Part shown: positions 11,851 to 22,781 of the stretch, in pieces
Numbering within the stretch: position 1 is the first letter of the stretch
Layout: every line of letters begins with the position of its first letter
Assembly (NCBI GenBank): GCA_963714095.1
Contig: OY970230.1
Span: 1,023,907 to 1,087,906, forward strand
Source: Candidatus Gottesmanbacteria bacterium
GTDB taxonomy: Bacteria; Patescibacteriota; Microgenomatia; UBA10105; UBA927
DNA: 64,000 nt
Direction: 5' to 3'
The notes under the pieces: model-generated
The model's input: the letters and a program-made list of their open reading frames with translations, nothing else
What the model was told of the DNA's origin: nothing
The model's database searches: none
Translations under genes and position numbers: made by a program

Positions 11851-13572
11851 ATGGCCAGCTCTGCCCAACCAATATTAAATGCACTCGTTGCCGACGGTCG
11901 TCTCTCTCAGACTCAGGCGGATGCGATCCTGACGGAGACGTTGTCTACGGGTGCATCCGTTGAAGATGTTCTTATTAAAAAGCGGTTGGTATCCGATATA
12001 GACCTTGCAAAGGCAAAAGCTAAGTCAATTAATGTTCCGTTTGTTACACTGTCAGGACGCGCTATTACTCCGGCCATTGTCAATTTTATTTCCGAACCCG
12101 TTTCCCGTAAATATACACTCATCCCGTTTGAGTTTAATAGTGTAGCAAACGAACTTTCTGTCGCCATGCTGGACCCTCTGGATTTTCAGGTTTTGGAATT
12201 TATTGAAAAGAAATCCGGGAAACGCGTCCGCCCGTTTATGGCACTCAAAGACGATATTCTTTCTGCTATTGACGAAACGTATTCGCAGAATCTCGGTGAA
12301 GATGTCACGGCGGCCTTGAAGGAAACCGTGGAGCCTGAAATCAAAACATATGAGGCGGGCCGCCTGGGTGAAGTTATCCGTGAAGCGCCTATCGCACAAA
12401 TCGTTTCTGCGACCCTTGAGCAGGCTATACATCTGCGTGCATCCGATGTACATATTGAGCCTCAGTCCGGCGACACACGCGTGAGGTACCGGGTAGACGG
12501 AATTTTGCAGGAGCGGCTGGTTCTTCCCAAACGCCTGCACGATGCCGTCGTGTCCCGTATCAAAATCCTTGCGGATATGAAAATTGATGAGAAGCGTGTT
12601 CCCCAGGACGGTCGCTTTAATTTTAAAATGGGAGAGGAAGAAGTGGACCTTCGTGTATCAACACTCCCGACCGTACACGGAGAGAAAATCGTCATGCGGC
12701 TCCTGAAGAAAACCGGCGGTATTCCGACACTGCCCGAGTTGGGCCTGCGGGGTCTGGCACTCAAAAACCTGGAATCTCAAATAGCCCGTCCGCACGGCAT
12801 TATTCTTGTTACCGGACCTACCGGATCCGGTAAAACGACGACTCTTTACGCAGTACTTTCTAAGCTCAATAACAGCAGGGTAAACATTATGACGCTTGAA
12901 GACCCGGTTGAGTACGAAATTCCCGGCGTGAATCAGGTTCAGATTAATCCGGGGGCAGGCCTCACATTTGCGACAGGTTTGAGATCATTTTTGCGGCAGG
13001 ACCCTAATATCATTCTTGTCGGGGAAATCCGCGACCGTGAAACAACGGATTTGGCTATACAGGCAGCGCTAACCGGACATACCGTATTTTCCACCCTGCA
13101 CACAAATAACGCCTCGGGTGCCATTCCGCGTCTTTTAGATTTAGGGGCAGAACCGTTCCTTATTGTCTCGAGCCTCAATGCTGTCGTGGGCCAGCGCATC
13201 GCACGTAAAATTTGCCCGACGTGTAAAGAAGAATATGATCCTGACGAAGAAGTGAAAAAAGACATCAACAACGTGCTCGGCGCGTTGGTGCCGAAAGACA
13301 GCCCGCTGAAGTTGTATCGGGGAAAAACAACGGTTAACGGGGTTGAATGTGCAGCATGCGGCGGAGCCGGGTATTTAGGCAGGATCGGTATATTTGAAGT
13401 GTTCCCTGTTTCCACAGCCGTTGCCAGATTGATTGCCATACGGGCATCGATGGAAGACATTCAACAGACTGCGGTAAAAGAAGGTATGATTACCATGAAA
13501 CAGGACGGATATATGAAAGCGTTGGAAGGCGTGACGACGATTGAAGAAATCCTTCGTGTCGCGCAGGATTAG
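11851..13572 (+). CDS. pilB: Type IV pilus assembly ATPase PilB/GspE
   Basis: ASDVHIEP, GPTGSGKTT, LRQDPNIILVGEIRD, CxxC...CxxC; start moved to ATG 11851. Confidence 0.95.
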   Translation: MASSAQPILNALVADGRLSQTQADAILTETLSTGASVEDVLIKKRLVSDIDLAKAKAKSINVPFVTLSGRAITPAIVNFISEPVSRKYTLIPFEFNSVANELSVAMLDPLDFQVLEFIEKKSGKRVRPFMALKDDILSAIDETYSQNLGEDVTAALKETVEPEIKTYEAGRLGEVIREAPIAQIVSATLEQAIHLRASDVHIEPQSGDTRVRYRVDGILQERLVLPKRLHDAVVSRIKILADMKIDEKRVPQDGRFNFKMGEEEVDLRVSTLPTVHGEKIVMRLLKKTGGIPTLPELGLRGLALKNLESQIARPHGIILVTGPTGSGKTTTLYAVLSKLNNSRVNIMTLEDPVEYEIPGVNQVQINPGAGLTFATGLRSFLRQDPNIILVGEIRDRETTDLAIQAALTGHTVFSTLHTNNASGAIPRLLDLGAEPFLIVSSLNAVVGQRIARKICPTCKEEYDPDEEVKKDINNVLGALVPKDSPLKLYRGKTTVNGVECAACGGAGYLGRIGIFEVFPVSTAVARLIAIRASMEDIQQTAVKEGMITMKQDGYMKALEGVTTIEEILRVAQD

Positions 13573-13580
13573 CGAAGCGT

Positions 13581-14636
13581 ATGGATATTAAACTATTATT
13601 TTCCGAAGCGTTACGGTTGGGAGCTTCAGACCTGCATATTGTTGTCGGGTATCCGCCGATGCTGCGCGTAGCCGGGAATTTAACGCCGGTTACGGGCAGC
13701 GCGCCGCTCACACCCGCCGATACGGAATCGATCATTTTTCCGACGTTTACGGCGGAAGAAAAAGATATCTTTTTAACCAATAAAGAGATTGATTATTCCG
13801 TGGCCTTCGGGAAGAACCGGTTCCGCGCAAACGTATATTACCAGCAGGAATCCATCGCCGCGGATTTCCGTCTCATTCCGGAGACGATCAAGTCGATTGA
13901 AGCATTGGGATTGCCAGTAATCTGCCACGAATTTGTGAAACTGCGTCAGGGATTTATTTTAGTGACCGGCCCGACCGGTCAGGGCAAATCAACGACGATT
14001 GCATCGATGATTAATACCATAAACCAGACGAGGAGCGTTCACGTCGTGACCATCGAGGACCCTATTGAGTATGTGTATCCGTCGGGTCTTTCCGTTATTT
14101 CGCAGCGTGAGATGCATCAGGATACACTCTCCTGGGGTGTGGCACTCAGAAGTGTTTTGCGCGAAGACCCGGATATTGTTCTCATCGGAGAAATGCGGGA
14201 TCTGGAAACTATTCAGGCAGCCATCACGATAGCGGAAACCGGTCATCTGGTTTTCGCGACACTTCATACCAATTCTGCAGCGCAGACAATCGACCGTATT
14301 GTTGATGTATTTCCTGATAGTCAGCAAGTGCAGATTCGACTTCAACTGTCCGCCGTGATAGAGGGGGTACTATCCGAGCGGCTTATCCCCGCCATTGCTG
14401 GCGGTCGTATTCCGGTGATGGAAATAATGACGGCAACACCTGCGATTAAAACGACTATCCGAGACGGCAAGTCTCATCTTATTGATAACATTATCCAAAC
14501 ATCAGCGGAGCTCGGGATGGTGACACTGGAAGAGGCGCTTGCCCGTGCTATCCGCGAGGGAAAGATACGTGCCGACGTTGCGCAAAGTTATGCCCTGCAT
14601 CCGGAAGAATTAGCCCGTCTTTTAAAACAAGGATAA
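13581..14636 (+). CDS. pilT: Type IV pilus retraction ATPase
   Basis: ASDLHI, GPTGQGKST, LREDPDIVLIGEMRD, AETGHLV, AIKTTIRDGK. Confidence 0.95.
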   Translation: MDIKLLFSEALRLGASDLHIVVGYPPMLRVAGNLTPVTGSAPLTPADTESIIFPTFTAEEKDIFLTNKEIDYSVAFGKNRFRANVYYQQESIAADFRLIPETIKSIEALGLPVICHEFVKLRQGFILVTGPTGQGKSTTIASMINTINQTRSVHVVTIEDPIEYVYPSGLSVISQREMHQDTLSWGVALRSVLREDPDIVLIGEMRDLETIQAAITIAETGHLVFATLHTNSAAQTIDRIVDVFPDSQQVQIRLQLSAVIEGVLSERLIPAIAGGRIPVMEIMTATPAIKTTIRDGKSHLIDNIIQTSAELGMVTLEEALARAIREGKIRADVAQSYALHPEELARLLKQG

Positions 14637-14641
14637 TCATC

Positions 14642-15853
14642 ATGGCCTTTTTTCAATACAAAGCACGGGGTACGGACGGAAAAATAGTAACAGGGCTCGC
14701 AGATGCTCCGTCGCAGGATGCAGCCATACGGCTACTTCACGAAAAACAACTGTTTGTTGTCAGCATCAGGGTTTCGCGTGAGAGGCTATCATTCGCCTGG
14801 GTTCAACAATATCTTAAACGGGTAACATTCAGCGACATTGTCAATTTTACGCGGCAGCTTTCAACGATGGTGACGGCAGGACTGTCACTTCCGGAATCCC
14901 TCACGATTCTGCGAACCCAAACAACAAATCCTGCATTTGCCGATATACTTGTTGACATTGAACATCAGATTGTTTCCGGCGGAACACTCGCAAATGCCCT
15001 TGCCAAGTACCCCCGGTATTTCTCGACAACCTATATTGCCCTGGTCCGCGCAGGCGAAGCATCCGGAACACTGGATCGGATTTTGGCGAGACTCTCCGAG
15101 TCTCTTGAAGACCAGCGGGATTTCCGCGGAAAGGTGTCGGGCGCCATGATCTATCCGGTTATCATTCTTATCGGCATGGTGGGTGTCATTATTGTCATGA
15201 TGACGGTCGTCATGCCGAAACTTACCGGGTTATATACCGATATGAATATCCAGCTTCCGTGGAGCACGGTTCTTCTTATCTCCATATCAAATTTTTTTGT
15301 CCGTTTTTGGTGGCTCGTGCTGGTTGGTATAGGTGGCGCGGTATGGTTGTTCCAGTGGTGGCGAACAACCGAGTTCGGAGAACTCTTTATGGATCAGCTG
15401 GTTTTTAAAATACCGCTTTTTGGGGAACTTCAGAAAAAAATAATTCTTGTGGATTTTACCCGGACGCTCGGGATGCTCGTTTCCTCCGGCATCCATATCC
15501 TTGAGGGACTGCAGATTCTCCAGGGGTCTCTGGGGAATGTTCTCTTTCGCAACGCCGTAGGAGAGATTTCCAAAAAAGTCGAGAAAGGATTCCCGTTGGG
15601 AGATTCGTTTGCGCAGTATCCCGTGTTTCCGCCGATTGTCTCGCAGATGATGAAGGTCGGCGAGGAAACAGGGCAACTTGACGAAACGCTGAGTAAACTG
15701 TCGAAGTATTTCCAGACGGAATCAGAAACGCTTGTGAAGGGTCTGACTACGGCGATTGAACCGATTATTATGGTGGTTATGGGGTTGGGTGTGGGGTTTA
15801 TCGTCATTTCCGTCATCACGCCCATCTATAAATTAACCAGTTCGATTCAGTAG
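14642..15853 (+). CDS. pilC: Type IV pilus platform protein PilC/GspF
   Basis: FTRQLSTM, GEASGTL, AMIYP, GEETGQL, IEP. Confidence 0.95.
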   Translation: MAFFQYKARGTDGKIVTGLADAPSQDAAIRLLHEKQLFVVSIRVSRERLSFAWVQQYLKRVTFSDIVNFTRQLSTMVTAGLSLPESLTILRTQTTNPAFADILVDIEHQIVSGGTLANALAKYPRYFSTTYIALVRAGEASGTLDRILARLSESLEDQRDFRGKVSGAMIYPVIILIGMVGVIIVMMTVVMPKLTGLYTDMNIQLPWSTVLLISISNFFVRFWWLVLVGIGGAVWLFQWWRTTEFGELFMDQLVFKIPLFGELQKKIILVDFTRTLGMLVSSGIHILEGLQILQGSLGNVLFRNAVGEISKKVEKGFPLGDSFAQYPVFPPIVSQMMKVGEETGQLDETLSKLSKYFQTESETLVKGLTTAIEPIIMVVMGLGVGFIVISVITPIYKLTSSIQ

Positions 15854-15916
15854 GAAAACTGATACTTGACAAGGGTCGACGCAGCTGTTACACCTAAATA
15901 AAGGAGATTATTTATT

Positions 15917-16423
15917 ATGAAAACTGCTCGTGGTTTTACACTTATTGAACTGCTTATTGTTATTGCGCTTTTAGGTGCGCTTGCCATAGGACTCTTGGCG
16001 ACAATTGATCCGTTTGAACAGCTCAAAAAAGGCCGTGACACGTCAACCAGAAATACCGTGTCGGAATTTTATAATGCAAATTTGCGGTATTATTCCACCA
16101 AATCAGATTGGCCATGGACGTCTCTGGGTAGCGCGACACCTTTAGCCGATCCTATCATGTCTGATGCGGCGACGGGCGCGATTACGAAACTTATTAATGC
16201 CGGTGAATTAAAGGCAGGTTTTACCGGATATGTGGGAGCCGGAACGCTGTCGACCATCTATGTTTCATCGACAGGGCTGGGAGATCTGCATGTCTGTTAT
16301 ATGCCGGAATCCAAAGGGTTCCAGATCGACGCAAATACGATCTATGATCCAAGCGGCGGGACGAGTATAACCACCTGCAAAGCGACCGGTGGGACAGACC
16401 CCTGCTACTACTGCATTCAGTAA
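15917..16423 (+). CDS. Type IV pilin, probable major pilin
   Basis: G/FTLIELLIVI class III signal; AAGGAG RBS; C-terminal Cys residues. Confidence 0.9.
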   Translation: MKTARGFTLIELLIVIALLGALAIGLLATIDPFEQLKKGRDTSTRNTVSEFYNANLRYYSTKSDWPWTSLGSATPLADPIMSDAATGAITKLINAGELKAGFTGYVGAGTLSTIYVSSTGLGDLHVCYMPESKGFQIDANTIYDPSGGTSITTCKATGGTDPCYYCIQ

Positions 16424-18439
16424 ATGGATAATCAAGCAAGAAATCGCAAAAACAGCAGTGTTTTTGCGATTCTTGTTGGTTGTATAGCATTTGTTTCTTT
16501 CCTCCTATTTCAGGCACAGGGCATTGTGGGCGGAGACTCAGGAGATGTGGTGACGGCCGCAGTCACCTTTGGTGTGGCGCACCCCCCTGGGTATCCCCTC
16601 TATACATTTCTTGGCTGGATTGTTTCCAGATTACCAATATTTACTGCTTCATGGCGGGTGGGACTCCTCTCTTCTGTGCCGCATGCAATTGTTATCGCAC
16701 TGGTCTACTGGCTTGTTTCTTCGCTCACGAAGCGCAGAGCCGTCGGATTATTCAGCGCATTGCTACTCCTTTCCAATTACCTGTTTTTTCTCTACAGCGT
16801 GACGCCGGAAGTATTCGCGCTGTTGGACTTGTTTGTTATTCTCCTTATCTGTCTTCTTATCCGCTGGCGACAGACTAAAAAAAATCGGTTTCTTGTTATC
16901 GCATCGTTTGTGTTTGGATTATCACTTGCCAATCAGCAGACTATATTGTTTTTGGTGCCGGCTTTGTTTTACTGGATTTGGCGGCAACGATTCCTTCTGC
17001 CAAAACAATCACAACGATTCCGTTTTTCTGTTGCGTTTTGGTTTTTGGTCGGGTTAGTTCCGTATGCGTACGTATTCATCGCGGCCCGCGGGCACTCAAT
17101 CATCAATTGGGACAGGCCCGTGGATCTCGCCGGTTTTATCCGTCTGATGACGCGGGCGGATTACGGCACGTTTGTGTCCGGCGGGTTATTTGGTGACCTG
17201 GTGATTCAGCGCTTTTTGCAGATTCAGGCCTACGCGCAGTTTATTCTTATGGATTTTACCTGGATTGGAGTTGTCCTTATCCTGACGGGGTTTTTCTCCC
17301 TGTGGAAGCGGGATCGGCCTCTTTGTCTATTCTTTTTGGTTGCACTGCTCTTTTTGGGCCCATTCTTTTTCTTTTATGCAAGTTTTCCTTTGCTTAACCG
17401 GTTTATGCTCGGCACGTATGAGCGGTTTTTATTGCCGTCGTATGTAGTGTTTGCCATTCTTTCCGGTATCGGGCTTGCAGAGCTGGTAGAACGCCTCAGG
17501 TCAGTCTTGAGCCGGCGCATGGCCCGTCTTGTTTTTGGGATCGGGTGTATTGTCATCCTCCTGTATCCGCTCAGCCAGTTGGGGGTCACTCTGTGGCGGT
17601 TTTACGGATTACCCGCAGACAGAACTGCAGATAATCTGGGTATGGATGTGCTTTCGCCGCTGCCTTCCGGCAGCATTCTGTTATTAGGCCGCGATATGAC
17701 GCTCTTTAGTACGCAATATATGCGCTATGCGCTCAATTTCCGGCCGGATGTCATTGCCATACACCAGAGCCGGTTGGCCTCCCCTGATTATCAGGTGACC
17801 CTCCACGCGATATTCCCCGATATCACATTTGCGGCAACCGGCGATGCAACGGTCAATCTCGTGACATCCCAGTACCCGAAGCGGCCGATATTTTCATATG
17901 CACCGCTCCCTGTCGGAGCAGGATGGAGCTGGGTGCCGTATGGGTTAACCTATAAATTAGTTGACCAAAAGACGGCGCCGAACGCAGGCACGATGTATAA
18001 AGAAAATCTTGCCATCTGGAAAACATTGCACGATCCTGCTACAGGAATTCTTTCACGGTACAATCACCTGATGCTTTCCGATGCCCGCGACGTATATGCG
18101 GGTGCGCATATTGCGCTTGGGAGGACGCTAGCGCTTGCCGGCATGCTGGACGAGGCATATGGCCAGTTTAGTGCGGCTGCCAAAATTGCGGGGGACGCAG
18201 AACTTGCAAATGCATATAAGGATGAGGGGGCGGTGTTGCTGCTTCAAAAAAAATGTACGGCTGCGCTCACCGCGTTTACTGCGGCACAAAACGCAAGTAT
18301 CGTACCGGATAGCATCATTACGTATTATGAGGCGAGTACGTACCGCGATTGCCTCGGCGATGCAGCACACGCGAAGAAGCTTTTTGACGAATATGACGCC
18401 GAGAATAAACAAACCCAAACACCATTAGGACAATTGTGA
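16424..18439 (+). CDS. DUF2723/TMEM260-like GT-C membrane glycosyltransferase with C-terminal TPR-like region
   Basis: GDSGD...GVAHPPGYPLY motif, multiple TMs, INWD. Confidence 0.85.
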   Translation: MDNQARNRKNSSVFAILVGCIAFVSFLLFQAQGIVGGDSGDVVTAAVTFGVAHPPGYPLYTFLGWIVSRLPIFTASWRVGLLSSVPHAIVIALVYWLVSSLTKRRAVGLFSALLLLSNYLFFLYSVTPEVFALLDLFVILLICLLIRWRQTKKNRFLVIASFVFGLSLANQQTILFLVPALFYWIWRQRFLLPKQSQRFRFSVAFWFLVGLVPYAYVFIAARGHSIINWDRPVDLAGFIRLMTRADYGTFVSGGLFGDLVIQRFLQIQAYAQFILMDFTWIGVVLILTGFFSLWKRDRPLCLFFLVALLFLGPFFFFYASFPLLNRFMLGTYERFLLPSYVVFAILSGIGLAELVERLRSVLSRRMARLVFGIGCIVILLYPLSQLGVTLWRFYGLPADRTADNLGMDVLSPLPSGSILLLGRDMTLFSTQYMRYALNFRPDVIAIHQSRLASPDYQVTLHAIFPDITFAATGDATVNLVTSQYPKRPIFSYAPLPVGAGWSWVPYGLTYKLVDQKTAPNAGTMYKENLAIWKTLHDPATGILSRYNHLMLSDARDVYAGAHIALGRTLALAGMLDEAYGQFSAAAKIAGDAELANAYKDEGAVLLLQKKCTAALTAFTAAQNASIVPDSIITYYEASTYRDCLGDAAHAKKLFDEYDAENKQTQTPLGQL

Positions 18440-20564
18440 CGCCCAGGCAGATACCGCTTATCCATGCTCCATAAACAAAACTATCCGGCCAATACGTAAA
18501 TTCGATTGTATGAGGCCCCCTGGGCACGAGAATGCCGATGTTTTTGATATTTACCGGAAATATCGGCACAGCTTTCGTATCGATAGTTGCGTGCCAGCCG
18601 GGATAATATGTCTGGGTCAGGACCAGAATCGCGCGCGCGTTCGGGTTTGTGACGGAAATGACATATTGCCCTTCGTCTGACGATTTCACTGCTATCGTTC
18701 CACGGGTTAAGCTCGCTGCCGGTGTTGCGTCAAATTCAACAAGGATGGTATCACCGGGTACGAACGTGTCCGAGGTAAACGCCGCGACGGCATCCTCGAC
18801 GGTATGCACCGGAATCGCCCGTTTTGCAAAATAGACTGGCGGCAGCGGATCGGGATTTTCGAAGAGGCTGGTGGTATGTCCGGCAAACGATATGTGAGCC
18901 TTGAGAGACAATCCTTGCTGGGTCAGCGGCAGCGTGCTGATAACGGTTTTAACAGATAAAAGTGAAAGAAGTTTAATGCCCGTCGCGCTTATGGTGGCGT
19001 TGCTGCTGTCGAAGGTAATAGACTGGTTTAATAAATCCGTAAGCACTCCGGATCTGCGGATTGTTCGGGCTGCATCTTCCTCGATTTGAGGAACGCCCCA
19101 TACCATATTCTGATCAGGCGTCAGCGAATTTCGCAGAAATAGAGCAGGATCGTTTATCCCCCGAAGATTCAACCACCCATGAGGAGCATAGAATTCATTA
19201 TATGTTATTGGTGATCCGATGGTTATTGTATAGTGTGTGAGGTCGATAGAGTGGATGAGCGGCGGATTTTGTACCCATTCTGACGCAGGAACAAGTTTAT
19301 GGTACGGCGACCAGATGATAAACAGCGAGACCGTATGGATGCAAATAATGATGAGTGCAGCAGCAAAAATAATCCCGGATTTTTTCCCGTATCCCATCAG
19401 CCGGTCGAATGCGTGAACGGACAGAACTATAAGTGCGATTACAAAAAGCCAGATGAAGCGGGACGGCACGCGGAACAGGTTGAAGGGCCAAAATGAATAG
19501 ATAAGATAGAGCGGTGAATTGCTTCCGGTCATAAGAAGAAAGGATGCGCCCAAGACAAGGAGAAAAAAAAGTGTGGATTTGATCCGGAATTTTTTCCATA
19601 CCGCAATACTGGCATACACAGCAAGGAAAATCAGAGGAAGAATGCCGATATATGCGGTATTTTCCCAAAAAATGCTTCCGGAGAACACTGAAAAATTTGG
19701 GTAGGTGCCGGTTGCGGGATTGCCAAGGGCAAACGGGTTGATAAGCGTGAGAAGATGTTTGAACGGGTATGAATAATATGCGGCCTGATCGGGAGAAAAA
19801 CCCGTAGCAGTCACGAGCGTTTTTAAGTATTCCACCGACGGAAGTATTTGAGCGGCGGCGGCGGCACACCCGACCGTAATGGCAATAACGAACATGATTG
19901 TTTTTTGTTTCCAATCAACACCGGTACGCATAAGCCATATCCAGTACGCGCCGAGGAATAAGAGGGTAATAAATACGCACTGCGGGAATCCGACGAAAAT
20001 GAGTTGTGAAAGAAAGAGAATAAACCATCCGACGGCACACCACGATTTTTTATTCGCCAATATCAGCGTGAGGGCGGCAAGCCAGGGAAAAAGACAATAA
20101 CTCTGAACGATCGTTATGTGGGTAAGCTGGGCAATAATATAACCGGAAAGGACAGTTGTTATTGATCCGAAAACACAGGCAATGCGGCTGTAGTTCATGA
20201 GTCGCAGCCAGACATACATTCCCCACCCCATGATACAGAGAGTAAGGACCAGCGCTATATTGTATGCTGCAACCGGGTTAAGGATGCTAAATAAAATAAA
20301 ATTCGGTAAGAAAAAAGTTGACATTGAGCCGAACGCATATATCGGATATCCCCCGCCGATAAGTGACGTCCACAGTGGTATGCGGTGCTCGGAAAGTTGT
20401 GTGCTATAAAAGAATTTCGTTGAAATCGCAAGGACGGCGTCACTTTGTCCGAAGTCGGGTGTCACAATAAGCTGCGGCGTAGGCCAGAATAACCGGAAGA
20501 AAAAGGCGGTTACGACGATGGTGATAAGACCGACCGCACACATATCTTTCCATGTCCATTTCAT
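18318..20564 (-). CDS. YfhO-family GT-C membrane protein
   Basis: PLWTSLIGGGYP, FRVPSRF, TYYPGWHATID, VPRGPHTIEFTY. Confidence 0.85.
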   Translation of the reverse strand: MKWTWKDMCAVGLITIVVTAFFFRLFWPTPQLIVTPDFGQSDAVLAISTKFFYSTQLSEHRIPLWTSLIGGGYPIYAFGSMSTFFLPNFILFSILNPVAAYNIALVLTLCIMGWGMYVWLRLMNYSRIACVFGSITTVLSGYIIAQLTHITIVQSYCLFPWLAALTLILANKKSWCAVGWFILFLSQLIFVGFPQCVFITLLFLGAYWIWLMRTGVDWKQKTIMFVIAITVGCAAAAAQILPSVEYLKTLVTATGFSPDQAAYYSYPFKHLLTLINPFALGNPATGTYPNFSVFSGSIFWENTAYIGILPLIFLAVYASIAVWKKFRIKSTLFFLLVLGASFLLMTGSNSPLYLIYSFWPFNLFRVPSRFIWLFVIALIVLSVHAFDRLMGYGKKSGIIFAAALIIICIHTVSLFIIWSPYHKLVPASEWVQNPPLIHSIDLTHYTITIGSPITYNEFYAPHGWLNLRGINDPALFLRNSLTPDQNMVWGVPQIEEDAARTIRRSGVLTDLLNQSITFDSSNATISATGIKLLSLLSVKTVISTLPLTQQGLSLKAHISFAGHTTSLFENPDPLPPVYFAKRAIPVHTVEDAVAAFTSDTFVPGDTILVEFDATPAASLTRGTIAVKSSDEGQYVISVTNPNARAILVLTQTYYPGWHATIDTKAVPIFPVNIKNIGILVPRGPHTIEFTYWPDSFVYGAWISGICLGVTIVLMVFGFVYSRRHIRQKASSRVLHRRGNRGTYSPHNT

Positions 20565-20619
20565 GAAGGCAAGTGTACCATACTTGACATAGTCTGGTTA
20601 AGATCCGACACTGGATAGT

Positions 20620-21354
20620 ATGATGATTGTTTTTCTTTTTATTCTCGGACTGGCGGTCGGATCGTTTGCCAACGTATTAATTGATCGGTTACCCAAAGGA
20701 GAGAGTATTGTGTGGGGACGTTCTCATTGTGATTACTGCAAAAAACCCCTTCGGTGGTATGAACTGTTTCCCGTCGTTTCTTATGTGATACAGGCAGGCC
20801 GTTGCCGGCGGTGCAGGAAAAAGCTTTCGGTACAATATCCGATTATTGAATTTGTTACAGGGATCGGATTTGCCCTGTTGTATCCCGGGTACATAGCGTA
20901 TTATGCACTGTTTATTTCTTTGCTTGTTATTTTTATCGCTGATCTCAAATATCAGATTATTCCCGACAGTATGATTGTTCTCGGATTTGCAGCGGCCATA
21001 CTGTATTGGTATGAAAAAAGATTGTCCTTTGCCGGCATTTCGGAGTCTTTAGTAACAGGGTTTATTTCTTTCGCAGCTTTTTATGCACTTTGGGCACTCA
21101 CACGGGGGAAAGGACTGGGGTTCGGCGACGTAAAATTTGCGCCTCTCATGGGCGTCCTGTTGGGATTTCCCGGCGTTGTTTTTGCCTTCTACGTCGCTTT
21201 CTTGACGGGCGCTTTGGCGGCTGTCATACTGATGATAGGAAGGAAAAAGACCTGGAAAAGCAAAATTGCATTCGGGCCGTTTCTGGTAGCAGGAACGGTG
21301 GCTGCACTTATATGGCAACCACAACTCATATCATTATGGAGGATGTATATATGA
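20620..21354 (+). CDS. pilD: Prepilin peptidase
   Basis: GSFANVLIDRLP, CxxC pairs, DLKYQIIPD, GFGDVK, FGPFL. Confidence 0.95.
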   Translation: MMIVFLFILGLAVGSFANVLIDRLPKGESIVWGRSHCDYCKKPLRWYELFPVVSYVIQAGRCRRCRKKLSVQYPIIEFVTGIGFALLYPGYIAYYALFISLLVIFIADLKYQIIPDSMIVLGFAAAILYWYEKRLSFAGISESLVTGFISFAAFYALWALTRGKGLGFGDVKFAPLMGVLLGFPGVVFAFYVAFLTGALAAVILMIGRKKTWKSKIAFGPFLVAGTVAALIWQPQLISLWRMYI

Positions 21355-21803
21355 AAAAACGAGGGTTTACGTTGATGGAACTTCTTATCGTTATTGCCAT
21401 TATGGGTATTCTTGTATCAATAGGTGTCGCCTCCTATGCCACGGCCCAAAAAAAGGGCCGGGATGCACGAAGAATTTCGGATATGAAAGCTGTGCAAAAT
21501 GCTTTTGAACAATATGATGCTGTTAATAGCGGCTCATATCCGGCTACGTGTGGCGCAATAACAGCAGACCCGACATACTTGCCCGGCGGGTTTCCGACGG
21601 ACCCAAAAAACTTCACGGGCTCCGATGCATCGACGACCTTTGTCTATGATTTTAGTGACCCACATTGCTCGGCTTCATCCTACTGTTTTTGCGCGCACCT
21701 TGAGTCCGGAACGGGAAATGAGAGCGCAGATCCGGGTTCTCCTGCCTGCACGTTTACATCATTAGGAACAGAACAATACTATTGTGTCGGAAATTTACAA
21801 TAA
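21351..21803 (+). CDS. Type IV pilin/pseudopilin
   Basis: MKKRG/FTLMELLIV; true start at 21351 (ATGA overlap with pilD stop). Confidence 0.9.
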   Translation: MKKRGFTLMELLIVIAIMGILVSIGVASYATAQKKGRDARRISDMKAVQNAFEQYDAVNSGSYPATCGAITADPTYLPGGFPTDPKNFTGSDASTTFVYDFSDPHCSASSYCFCAHLESGTGNESADPGSPACTFTSLGTEQYYCVGNLQ

Positions 21804-21810
21804 TCCAGCC

Positions 21811-22275
21811 ATGAAACATGCGGTACATCCGGGGAATGGATTTACTTTAATAGAAATCTTGGTGGTAGCAACCATCATTGCCGTATTGACCGCGATCGGC
21901 GTGGTATCGTACGGGTCCATTAACTTGCGGACGCGGAATGCCAAGCGGAAAAGTGATCTGGAGCAGGTGCGAAGCGCGCTTGAGATGTATAGGATTGATA
22001 ATGGGTCATATCCGGGAACGAGCACGAACTTTATCACATTATCAAGCCTTGATCCTGGTGACGGCACTGGTCCGTTGGTTACAACCTATCTGCCTTCAAT
22101 TCCCAGGGATCCGGAAAGCACGGTGGCAACACCGATAGAATATTATTACCGCGTCATTGGATCCGGTCCCCCATATTATAGTTATTGTCTCTGCGGGCAG
22201 CTGGAAAGTAGTTCCGGTGACTACTGCGGTGTAGCGCATATAGCTAATTGTAATTATTATCTGAAAAATCCTTAA
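21811..22275 (+). CDS. Type IV pilin/GspG-like
   Basis: G/FTLIEILVV; ALEMYRIDNGSYP. Confidence 0.9.
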   Translation: MKHAVHPGNGFTLIEILVVATIIAVLTAIGVVSYGSINLRTRNAKRKSDLEQVRSALEMYRIDNGSYPGTSTNFITLSSLDPGDGTGPLVTTYLPSIPRDPESTVATPIEYYYRVIGSGPPYYSYCLCGQLESSSGDYCGVAHIANCNYYLKNP

Positions 22276-22277
22276 CT

Positions 22278-22766
22278 ATGGAGTCTTCTTCACAATCTCA
22301 CGGGTTTACCTTAATTGAGATTGTTGTGAGCGTCGCAATTCTAGCGCTCCTCAGCGGTCTTTTTATTGCCAATTATAACGGGTTCAGTAATTCTCAGACT
22401 GTCCAGCAGACTGCGTCGGACGTGATTGCAAACTTGCAGTCAGCCAGGACAATGGCATCCTCCGGTTTGAAACCAGCGGGGTGCAACACGCTCGTCGGTT
22501 ATATTGTAAATTTCTCTAATTCCTCCTATACAGTACAGGCGAGTTGCCAGTCAGGACTGGTCGGCGGGATAAATACGTATACGCTCCCGATGGGGGTAAC
22601 GTTTGCTTCCCCCACTCCCAACCCTATTACATTCTATGCTCTTGATGGCGGAGCATCGGCAAACCAGACAATATCTCTCGTCGGGAACGGAGTTACTGCA
22701 AAAGTATCGGTATCTTCTTCGGGGGTGGTATCGGATTTTATTCCGACGCCGACTCCGACGCCGTAA
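22278..22766 (+). CDS. Minor pilin (FimT-like) with C-terminal PT repeat
   Basis: G/FTLIEIVV; ends PTPTPTP. Confidence 0.88.
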   Translation: MESSSQSHGFTLIEIVVSVAILALLSGLFIANYNGFSNSQTVQQTASDVIANLQSARTMASSGLKPAGCNTLVGYIVNFSNSSYTVQASCQSGLVGGINTYTLPMGVTFASPTPNPITFYALDGGASANQTISLVGNGVTAKVSVSSSGVVSDFIPTPTPTP

Positions 22767-22781
22767 TAGACGGAAAAACGT

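Noticed and set aside
21090-21350. N-terminal extension of the pilin ORF
   Set aside because: Overlaps pilD; the class III signal places the start at 21351
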